A stretch of 64,000 bases of DNA from an uncultured Clostridia bacterium (GTDB lineage Bacteria; Bacillota_I; Bacilli_A; RF39; UBA660): NCBI GenBank assembly GCA_947165135.1, contig CAMUZE010000005.1:4101-68100 (forward strand), in the 5' to 3' direction. A model generated the notes under the pieces. That model did not search any database and was not told the origin of the DNA. It worked only from the letters and a program-made list of their open reading frames with translations. Shown here piece by piece: positions 17,404-24,427 of this stretch; positions within the stretch are counted from its first letter, which is position 1, and each line of letters begins with the position of its first letter. The position numbers and the translations under genes were made by a program.

Positions 17404-17436
17404 AAGTTTAGATTGATTTCTAAACTTTTTAATTTA
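17402..17436 (+). terminator. Rho-independent terminator of cassette 2
   Basis: Same hairpin as 12751..12785. Confidence 0.8.
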
Positions 17437-17442
17437 TATATG

Positions 17443-17472
17443 TTGAATTGTATATTAATTTTGTGTTATACT
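17443..17472 (+). promoter_or_regulatory. Sigma-A-type promoter of the Tad core operon
   Basis: -35 TTGAAT (17443-17448), 18-nt spacer containing a TG, and -10 TATACT (17467-17472). Confidence 0.55.
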
Positions 17473-17509
17473 TAAGTAGAATAGAAATAATAGGATGGTG
17501 GAAAAAAGA

Positions 17510-18340
17510 ATGAGTAACATTTTATATGGAATCAAAAGATTCATAAAGAACAAAAATACTGTGACAATTATAGCAATAGTGGCTTCACTTGTTATAATTT
17601 ATTTTGCGTATAATGCAAGAATTAAAAAGGCAACTGAGCCACAATTAGTACCATATGCTTTACAAGATTTAGCACCTAGAACATTGATAACATCTGAAAT
17701 GGTAGGGACAAGAAAAGTACCAGGAAGCGTAATAACTCCAAATGTTATTACAAGTAAAAATTCAATTATAGGAATGTATGTAAGTAATAAAGTTCAAATT
17801 CCAAAAGATAGTTTGTTCTATAGAAATACGTTGTTGACTTGGGATGAATTACCATCAAGTTTATATGAAAATATTCCTGAAGGTAATACAATTGTTGCAT
17901 TACCTGTGTCAAGTGAAACAACATATGGAAACTCTATATTTGAAGGAAACTATATAGATTTATATTATTCTGGTAGAGATACAGATGGAAAAATATTAGT
18001 TGGAAAATTTATTGAAAGTATTAAAGTATTAGCAGTAACTGATAGTGCATTTAATAATATATTTGAAAAGAGTTCTGATGTTGCGCAACCTGCATATTTA
18101 GTATTCTCTGTTCCAGAAGAAATGCACCTATTATTAAGAAAAGCTTTGTATTTAAATGGAAATATATATCCGGTGCCAAGAAATGCTGAGTATTCAAAAA
18201 ATCCTAAAAACACAAGAATTAGTAGTTCATATATTGAAAATTTAATATTAAATCAAACTGTTAATGTTACCTCAAAAGATTTGAGTGGAGTAAGTATTAA
18301 AGAAATTGAAAATAAACAAACTCAAGGAGGTGAACAATAA
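17510..18340 (+). CDS. CpaB/RcpC-like pilus assembly protein, paralog 1
   Basis: N-terminal TM, a SAF-like segment (LAPRTLITSEMVGTRKVPGSVI..IIGMYV..IPKDSLF), then GNTIVALPVSSETTYGNSIFEGNYIDLYY, typical of CpaB. The ATG at 17510 has a GGTGGA RBS. The track start at 17495 lacks one. Confidence 0.7.
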   Translation: MSNILYGIKRFIKNKNTVTIIAIVASLVIIYFAYNARIKKATEPQLVPYALQDLAPRTLITSEMVGTRKVPGSVITPNVITSKNSIIGMYVSNKVQIPKDSLFYRNTLLTWDELPSSLYENIPEGNTIVALPVSSETTYGNSIFEGNYIDLYYSGRDTDGKILVGKFIESIKVLAVTDSAFNNIFEKSSDVAQPAYLVFSVPEEMHLLLRKALYLNGNIYPVPRNAEYSKNPKNTRISSSYIENLILNQTVNVTSKDLSGVSIKEIENKQTQGGEQ

Positions 18341-19092
18341 TGTTAAAAAGAGTATTAGGAAATAAAGGACTTGTAACATTAATTGCAATGGTAGTATGTA
18401 TAGTTATTCTATTTTTTGCCTATAAGTATAGAGTTGATAGAGAAATAAAAGCAACATCTGTACCATATGCAATTGCCGATATTCCTGCAAGAACAGAAAT
18501 AACAGAAGAATTAGTTGGAACTGTTAAAGTTGCATCTTCAATGGTTACAAGTACAGTAATTACAAATAAAAATAATGTTATTGGAAAATATGTTAATTAT
18601 AATACATACATTCCAGCGGGAAGCTTGTTTTATTCACCTTCAGTTGTGACGTGGGATTATATGCCAGATTCAGCATGGAGAAACATGTATAATGATTATA
18701 CAATCGTTTCACTTCCAGTTAGTAGTACAACTACTTATGGTAACTCAATTTTTCCAGGAGATAAGATAGATTTATATTATCATACTACTGACAATGGGAA
18801 ATTAGTTTATGGCAAGTTAATCGAAGGTATTGAGGTTTTAGCTGTAAAAGATAGCGATGGAAGTCATATATTCAAGAAGAGTTCTGATCAAAGAGATGCA
18901 GCTGCATTAATTTTCTCAGTTCCAGAAGACTTACATATTTTATTAAGACAAGCAATTTATATTTCAGGAACAAGTAGTTTAGTTCCAGTGCCAAGAAATG
19001 CTAATTATAATCCAACTACTACAATAAGTAGCGAATATTTAAAATCATTAATTAAAAATCAAACAAAAGAAGTACCACTTGATAGTGAATAA
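18340..19092 (+). CDS. CpaB/RcpC-like pilus assembly protein, paralog 2
   Basis: Same architecture as paralog 1 (IPARTEITEELVGTVKV.., YTIVSLPVSSTTTYGNSIFPGDKIDLYY). AGGAGGTGA RBS and a TAATG overlap with the upstream gene. Confidence 0.7.
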   Translation: MLKRVLGNKGLVTLIAMVVCIVILFFAYKYRVDREIKATSVPYAIADIPARTEITEELVGTVKVASSMVTSTVITNKNNVIGKYVNYNTYIPAGSLFYSPSVVTWDYMPDSAWRNMYNDYTIVSLPVSSTTTYGNSIFPGDKIDLYYHTTDNGKLVYGKLIEGIEVLAVKDSDGSHIFKKSSDQRDAAALIFSVPEDLHILLRQAIYISGTSSLVPVPRNANYNPTTTISSEYLKSLIKNQTKEVPLDSE

Positions 19093-19132
19093 ATAATATA
19101 AAGAGAAAAAAGATAATAGAAAGGGTAGAATA

Positions 19133-20272
19133 ATGGATGATGTTGTTTTTTCGCAAATAGATTTTGGTGTGCTTGTTCCATTACTTCAAGATGATGATGT
19201 AACAGATATTTCATATTCGAATGGTGGCCAGTTATGGATAAAAACATTAACTCAAGGTGTAAAACCATGTCATGTTGATGGGCTAAACAATGAAGTTATG
19301 GAAAAATTAGCATTTCAATGCTCTAACGTCATGGGAAAAACATTTAATATGGCGCATCCATTATTAGATGCCGAGAGTGCTGAGCTGCGTCTTAATTTCG
19401 TACATGAATCTATCGCAACTAATGGAATTGCTGTACTTATTAGGAAAACGCCAGCAAAAATAAGATTAAAAAAAGAGAAACTAATTGAAGAAGATTATGT
19501 ATCTGTTAACTTACATGACTTTTTAATAACTTGTGTTACTGGACACTGCAATATACTTGTTAGTGGAGAAACTGGTTCAGGTAAAACAGAGCTGATTAAA
19601 TACTTAGCAAGTCATATTAAGGAAGATGAAAAAATAATTACTATTGAAGATACATTAGAGCTTCATTTAGATAAAATTTATCCAACAAGAGATATTGTGG
19701 CAATGAAAACAAATAATATTGCTTCATATTCTGATGTTCTTGTTGCGTGTATGCGTCAGAACCCAAGATGGATTTTACTATCAGAGGTCCGTTCTGCAGA
19801 AGCTGTTATGGCTGTACGTAACTCAATCTCATCAGGACACAATATTTTGTCTACAATACACTCAGATAAAGCATCAAGTATACCTATGCGTTTATATTCA
19901 CTTTTAGAAACAAGCCAAGATATTGATCAATTTGTAAAAGGTATGCATAGATATATACAATTGGGAATACATGTTAAAGGTTTCTTTTCAAAGAAATATA
20001 ACAGATTCCAAAGAGAAATAACGCAAGTAGTTGAGTTTTATGTAGATGATGTTGAAAATATAGCAAAAGTTAATGTATTATATGCGAGGGATTTAATGGG
20101 AAATGAAACATATAATAATCCAACTTCACACCTGATAGATTATTTGGCATCTCAAGGAGTTCAAATGAGAGAAGATCCATTTATTCCTAAGGATTCAGGA
20201 TTACAGACTTCAACTGAAAGTAATCCTGTTGAAAATAGTCAACCCAGCAGTGTAGAAGTTTTAGATATATAA
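19133..20272 (+). CDS. tadA: CpaF/TadA-type secretion ATPase (VirB11/T2SSE superfamily)
   Basis: Walker A GETGSGKTE, Asp box ITIEDTLEL, Walker B region RQNPRWILLSEVR, and His box GHNILSTIH. It sits next to two T2SSF-type membrane proteins. Confidence 0.85.
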   Translation: MDDVVFSQIDFGVLVPLLQDDDVTDISYSNGGQLWIKTLTQGVKPCHVDGLNNEVMEKLAFQCSNVMGKTFNMAHPLLDAESAELRLNFVHESIATNGIAVLIRKTPAKIRLKKEKLIEEDYVSVNLHDFLITCVTGHCNILVSGETGSGKTELIKYLASHIKEDEKIITIEDTLELHLDKIYPTRDIVAMKTNNIASYSDVLVACMRQNPRWILLSEVRSAEAVMAVRNSISSGHNILSTIHSDKASSIPMRLYSLLETSQDIDQFVKGMHRYIQLGIHVKGFFSKKYNRFQREITQVVEFYVDDVENIAKVNVLYARDLMGNETYNNPTSHLIDYLASQGVQMREDPFIPKDSGLQTSTESNPVENSQPSSVEVLDI

Positions 20273-20284
20273 AGGAGGTAAAGT

Positions 20285-21184
20285 ATGTATATAGAAATAT
20301 TTGTAATAGCTGCAATTTTGATATTTGTATTCATATATAGAAAAAATAGCGGAAATAATTCTTATAAGTTTATTACTAAAAACCTCGATAGTGCATATGG
20401 TAAAATATCACCATATTCCTTCAAGGTCGTACGTGAAAAAGCAAAAGAATTAGGCCAAGAATACACCTCTAGACAATATGCTATACAAGTTGCAGTATTT
20501 GGAATAGCAGCTGCATTCATTTCATATTTATATTTTTATAGCATTATTTGGAGTATTGTGTATGCTGTAGCAACGATTGCTGTAATTCCATATTTAACTT
20601 ATATGAGATGTAAAAAAGCATATAGTGAATTTATATTTGAACAGATTCAAGTATATACTACAAACGTAATTATGGAATTTAATACTACTCAATCATTTGT
20701 TAAAGCATTAGAAGGTGTAAGAGATTCAGGAGTTTTAGAAGATCCAGTGCTATCTGATGTGAATGAGATGATAAGAATGTCTTATGAAAATGGGACTATA
20801 GATGAAGCAGTAAGATTTATGAATGAAAAATATGATTATTATGTAATCAAAAATATGCATCAACTATTTTTACAAATAACTAAAGAAGGTTCAAAAGATT
20901 CTGGAGAAGCATTAGAAGGAATGCTTCAAGACATAGATATGCTTGTTGAAAGTGTATATAGAGATAGAATTGATAGAACAACATTCTATAAACAATTCTG
21001 TACATTTGGTGTAGCACTTTACCTACTTGTATTAATGGTTCAATTATTGCTTGGGGAATCAAGCTATATGACACTACTTGATGAGTGGTATGTACAATTA
21101 TTACTTCATGGGGTAATATTAATAAATACATACTTCTTACTAACAGGTATCAAATATTACCATGAGGATGTGGGTGCTGAATAA
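20285..21184 (+). CDS. tadB: TadB-like platform protein (T2SSF family)
   Basis: N-terminal TM, a pair of central TMs, a cytoplasmic helical domain and C-terminal TMs. Its position directly after the ATPase supports the call. Confidence 0.65.
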   Translation: MYIEIFVIAAILIFVFIYRKNSGNNSYKFITKNLDSAYGKISPYSFKVVREKAKELGQEYTSRQYAIQVAVFGIAAAFISYLYFYSIIWSIVYAVATIAVIPYLTYMRCKKAYSEFIFEQIQVYTTNVIMEFNTTQSFVKALEGVRDSGVLEDPVLSDVNEMIRMSYENGTIDEAVRFMNEKYDYYVIKNMHQLFLQITKEGSKDSGEALEGMLQDIDMLVESVYRDRIDRTTFYKQFCTFGVALYLLVLMVQLLLGESSYMTLLDEWYVQLLLHGVILINTYFLLTGIKYYHEDVGAE

Positions 21185-21981
21185 TGGAAATATTTTTAGT
21201 AGGAATAATATTAATTTTCTTGTTTAATTACCTGGGAACATTTAATTTTAACAAGTTTGTTGATGATAATAAAGTAGTATTTGGAAAATTAAAAGAAGAT
21301 GATTATGATTTCTTAGTTATTTCTAAATATGGTGAAAAAGTTGATCCAAATGAAAGATATCAAAAGAGAGTAAAAACTGCTATAATTACATTCTTTATAG
21401 CATTTGTTATTGCACTAACAAGTATAAAGAGTATAAATATGGCAATTAAAATTGTTTTGGTTCTAGCAGCAACATATTTTATGTTTAAAGATGATTATAA
21501 TAAAGTTAAAAGATTTTATAAACAACATTTACATGAAATAAATCTAAAATTACCATATTATTTGAAGAGTTTAGAGATTTTAATTCAACATTATACAGTA
21601 CCAGTTGCAATTACAAGAAGTTTAGAATCTGCTCCTGAAATGTTTAAACCAGGGTTAAGAGATTTAATTTCAGCAATTGATGCAGGTGATTCAACAATTG
21701 AGCCATATATGGCATTTGCAAGACGTTATCCTGTTAGAGATTCAATGAGAATGATGAGACTTCTTTATAGACTTGGTCTTGGTAGCCAAGAAAGAAAACA
21801 AGATCAATTGATTGTATTCTCAAGAACAATCTCAACATTACAAAATAAATCAAGAGAAACAAAATATAAAGAACGTTTAGAAAAAATGGAAAAGAAAACT
21901 ATGACAATGCTTGTAGCAACAGGTGCAGGAGTTATGGTTATTCTAGTCCTTTCAATATTACAAATATTTATGGCAGTGTAA
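21184..21981 (+). CDS. tadC: TadC-like platform protein (T2SSF family)
   Basis: Same topology class as the TadB-like ORF, with a TAATG overlap. The helical domain contains PYYLKSLEILIQ..GLRDLISAIDAGDS.. Confidence 0.65.
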   Translation: MEIFLVGIILIFLFNYLGTFNFNKFVDDNKVVFGKLKEDDYDFLVISKYGEKVDPNERYQKRVKTAIITFFIAFVIALTSIKSINMAIKIVLVLAATYFMFKDDYNKVKRFYKQHLHEINLKLPYYLKSLEILIQHYTVPVAITRSLESAPEMFKPGLRDLISAIDAGDSTIEPYMAFARRYPVRDSMRMMRLLYRLGLGSQERKQDQLIVFSRTISTLQNKSRETKYKERLEKMEKKTMTMLVATGAGVMVILVLSILQIFMAV

Positions 21982-22010
21982 ATTAAGTTATAATTAATGT
22001 GTAAAACATA

Positions 22011-22040
22011 TTGATTTAGCAAATAATAATATTGTATAAT
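22011..22040 (+). promoter_or_regulatory. Strong sigma-A-type promoter in front of the pilin-like gene
   Basis: -35 TTGATT (22011-22016), 18-nt spacer ending in TG, -10 TATAAT (22035-22040), then an AAGGAGG RBS. Confidence 0.65.
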
Positions 22041-22074
22041 TTAATTAGATAATAAAGGAGGAATTAATTAAAAA

Positions 22075-22359
22075 ATGAAAGAAGCGAGTGGAGAATTAAA
22101 TATGACAGTTGTTACTATAGTAGCAGTTGCTGCTGTAGGAGCACTATTCTATGTATTTATTTGGCCAGTAATCCAAAGAAGCATTGTATCACAAACTTGT
22201 AAAACATATGGAAATGACTGGAGTGCAGTAGAAGTCGATGGTGAAGCTGATATAAACACTGGATCAAACGCAAAAGTAAAAGTTTGGATGTGTTGTCCAG
22301 CTGATGCTAGTGGCAATGTTGATAAGACTAGCAGTAGTTGTGTAAAAGCTGAACAATAA
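22075..22359 (+). CDS. Small pilin-like protein (94 aa), candidate major pilin
   Basis: Short charged leader MKEASG, then a ~22-aa hydrophobic helix (LNMTVVTIVAVAAVGALFYVFIW) and a small Cys-containing globular part. It has its own promoter and terminator and occupies the flp position after tadC. The canonical Flp G/xxxxEY motif is absent. Confidence 0.5.
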   Translation: MKEASGELNMTVVTIVAVAAVGALFYVFIWPVIQRSIVSQTCKTYGNDWSAVEVDGEADINTGSNAKVKVWMCCPADASGNVDKTSSSCVKAEQ

Positions 22360-22380
22360 AATATTTAGTAAAAATAAAAT

Positions 22381-22417
22381 GCTATAAATGTCATGTGTGG
22401 CATTTATAGTTTTTTTA
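22381..22417 (+). terminator. Rho-independent terminator after the pilin-like gene
   Basis: Stem ctataaatg / catttatag with a 10-nt loop, followed by a T7 run. Confidence 0.75.
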
Positions 22418-22442
22418 AAGATATGAAAAGAGGAAGTGAAAT

Positions 22443-22931
22443 ATGAGAGAGGCAATCGGAAGTACTTGGTTAATTGGAATTGTAATAACATTTATTGCAA
22501 TATTTTCAGGATTTTTAGCCTATTCAATTAGTTATACTAAGGCATTTAGAGTTAAAAATGAAATAATTAACATTATTGAAAAGAATGAAGGATTTAAATC
22601 ATCCCCTAATGATTTAACAAATATAACTGATACTGAGTTAAAAGAAGATAATACTACTGCTGCAAAAGCATTTAGATTTATTAAATCTATTGGATATGAT
22701 TATGCAAAATTTGATTCCTCATCTAATCCTTGTAAAGAAGGCACACTACAAACTGGTGGATATTGTCTTGCTAAATATTGTCCAACTAATGGTGAGACAA
22801 GTAGAATATATTATAAAGTTACAACTTATATTTCATTATCAATACCAATTATAAATGTTGGAATTAATTTGCCTATTTCTGGTGAGACTAAGGCGTTGTA
22901 TAATGATAATGGCGGATTTGATTGTGAGTAG
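22443..22931 (+). CDS. TadE/pseudopilin-like protein (162 aa)
   Basis: The leader MREAIGS resembles the pilin leader MKEASGE. It is followed by a hydrophobic helix (TWLIGIVITFIAIFSGFLAY) and a Cys-containing globular domain. Confidence 0.45.
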   Translation: MREAIGSTWLIGIVITFIAIFSGFLAYSISYTKAFRVKNEIINIIEKNEGFKSSPNDLTNITDTELKEDNTTAAKAFRFIKSIGYDYAKFDSSSNPCKEGTLQTGGYCLAKYCPTNGETSRIYYKVTTYISLSIPIINVGINLPISGETKALYNDNGGFDCE

Positions 22932-22944
22932 GAGAGTGATGTAA

Positions 22945-23916
22945 ATGAATGTAATGGTTTATAACAAATTTAAAGACTTATTATTAGGACTAAAATTAGA
23001 TGTTATGAAATCAATGGAAGGTGTATTTAATGTTGATGAAATAATTGATACATTTGCAAACTTCTATTACGATAAAATGATTTTAGATATTACAGCTATA
23101 CGTGATTATCAAAATACAGATAATTTACAGAAATTGGCGATGAATATTAACATGGAAAATGTAATATTACTTTTAGATGATAATGAACAAACAAATACTA
23201 AAGGTTATTTATCTAAATTAATATCACTTGGTATTTATAATTTTACTCGTAATGCTGATGGAATTAATTATTTACTTGTCCATCCCCATACATATAGAGA
23301 TGTGGTAAGTATTCATAATTTGGAAGATGTTGATATTCCACCTGCACCAACAGAAACACAAGCCTCTGCTACTACACAAGAAACAGCAGTTGTAAACAAT
23401 GTAGTAAATGCAAGAATGCAAATAATTGGATTTAAGGATGCAACTACACATGCTGGTGCTACAACTCTTGTGTATATGCTCAAAAAGGCATTACAGGGTA
23501 CTAAGAATGTTGCTGCTATAGAGGTAAATAGAGTTGATTTCTTGTATTTTAATGATAAAGAATTGATTAGTACAACAACAACTGATTTACCAAAAGAATT
23601 AATGAAAAAGAATTCATATGATTATGTATTTGTAGATTTAAATGATTATGATGATTTATCAATATGTAATCAAGTGTATTATTTAATTGAACCATCTACG
23701 ATTATGATTAATAAAATGTTAAGAAGAGATAAGAACATTTTAGCGACACTTAAAAACGAAAAAATTATTTTGAATAAATGTATATTGTCAAATGAAGATG
23801 TAGCAGCTTTTGAATTTGAGACTAAATTAAAAGTCGTATGTGCTATACCACCATGTGATGATAGACAAAATGATTTAAAGGATATTAAGAAATTTGTAAA
23901 CAAGATTGGTTTATAA
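22945..23916 (+). CDS. TadZ/CpaE-like protein: receiver-like N-domain plus ParA/MinD-like domain with degenerate P-loop
   Basis: The N-terminal alternating beta-alpha pattern (VMVYN, MILDITA, VILLLDD, GIYNF) is CheY-like. The C-terminal IIGFKDATTHAGATTLVYML stands where ParA has GxKGGxGKTT, and YVFVDLND is Walker-B-like. Confidence 0.45.
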   Translation: MNVMVYNKFKDLLLGLKLDVMKSMEGVFNVDEIIDTFANFYYDKMILDITAIRDYQNTDNLQKLAMNINMENVILLLDDNEQTNTKGYLSKLISLGIYNFTRNADGINYLLVHPHTYRDVVSIHNLEDVDIPPAPTETQASATTQETAVVNNVVNARMQIIGFKDATTHAGATTLVYMLKKALQGTKNVAAIEVNRVDFLYFNDKELISTTTTDLPKELMKKNSYDYVFVDLNDYDDLSICNQVYYLIEPSTIMINKMLRRDKNILATLKNEKIILNKCILSNEDVAAFEFETKLKVVCAIPPCDDRQNDLKDIKKFVNKIGL

Positions 23917-23970
23917 GTCAATTTTATTGACAAAATAACTAAAATTATATAAAATTTATATAGAGGAGAG

Positions 23971-24345
23971 ATGTATATGTTTAATTTAGTTAGTATTTTA
24001 GCAAATAAGGTGAGTAGTGTTGCTGAATTCTGTAATTCTGCTTCTGGAATCTTAAGAATAGTAGGATGGGTATATGTTGGTATTGAAATCGTTGTACCAA
24101 TCATCTTAATATTCATGGGTATGTTTGACCTAGCAAAAGCAGTTACTGAAAAAGATGAAAATAAAATTAAATCAGCTCAACAATTATTGGTAAAAAGAGC
24201 AATTGCTGCAGCATTAGTTTTCTTAGTAGCTGCATTAGTTGGTTTAATCATGAGAATAGTAGGTAACGATGACTATAAGAAATGTTCTTATTGTATGACT
24301 GCTCCATGGGCAGATAAATGTAAAGATACAGATCCATTTAAATAG
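23971..24345 (+). CDS. Small two-TM membrane protein with Cys-rich C-tail (124 aa)
   Basis: Two hydrophobic helices (ILRIVGWVYVGIEIVVPIILIFMGMF and AIAAALVFLVAALVGLIMRIV) flank an amphipathic loop. The C-terminus is KKCSYCMTAPWADKCKD. A TTGACA lies upstream at 23927-23932. Confidence 0.6.
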   Translation: MYMFNLVSILANKVSSVAEFCNSASGILRIVGWVYVGIEIVVPIILIFMGMFDLAKAVTEKDENKIKSAQQLLVKRAIAAALVFLVAALVGLIMRIVGNDDYKKCSYCMTAPWADKCKDTDPFK

Positions 24346-24354
24346 TATTTTATT

Positions 24355-24376
24355 AAGAAGCGTAATGCTTCTTTTT
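24355..24376 (+). terminator. Rho-independent terminator closing the pilus locus
   Basis: Stem aagaagc / gcttctt with a 5-nt loop and a T-run. Confidence 0.6.
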
Positions 24377-24379
24377 AAA

Positions 24380-24408
24380 TTGAAAAAAAACATATATAGT
24401 GATATAAT
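24380..24408 (+). promoter_or_regulatory. Sigma-A-type promoter of the LtaS-like gene
   Basis: -35 TTGAAA (24380-24385), 17-nt spacer, and extended -10 TGaTATAAT (TATAAT at 24403-24408). Confidence 0.65.
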
Positions 24409-24427
24409 GTTCTCACGAGGAATTATT

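Larger units (their letters stand above)
12785..17435 (+). repeat. Tandem paralogous four-gene cassette, copy 2
   Basis: See 7680..12784. Confidence 0.85.
16984..17435 (+). repeat. 452-bp perfect direct repeat, copy 2
   Basis: Identical to 12333..12784, at an offset of 4651 bp. Confidence 0.9.

Noticed and set aside
23679-24116. 145-aa minus-strand ORF spanning the TadZ-like/124-aa gene junction
   Set aside because: It is antisense to two plus-strand genes that have RBSs and coherent topology, and its product is a hydrophobic low-complexity translation.
24365-24427. N-terminal extension of the LtaS-like ORF (track start 24365)
   Set aside because: The extension overlaps the upstream terminator and the predicted promoter. 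The ATG at 24428 has a proper RBS.
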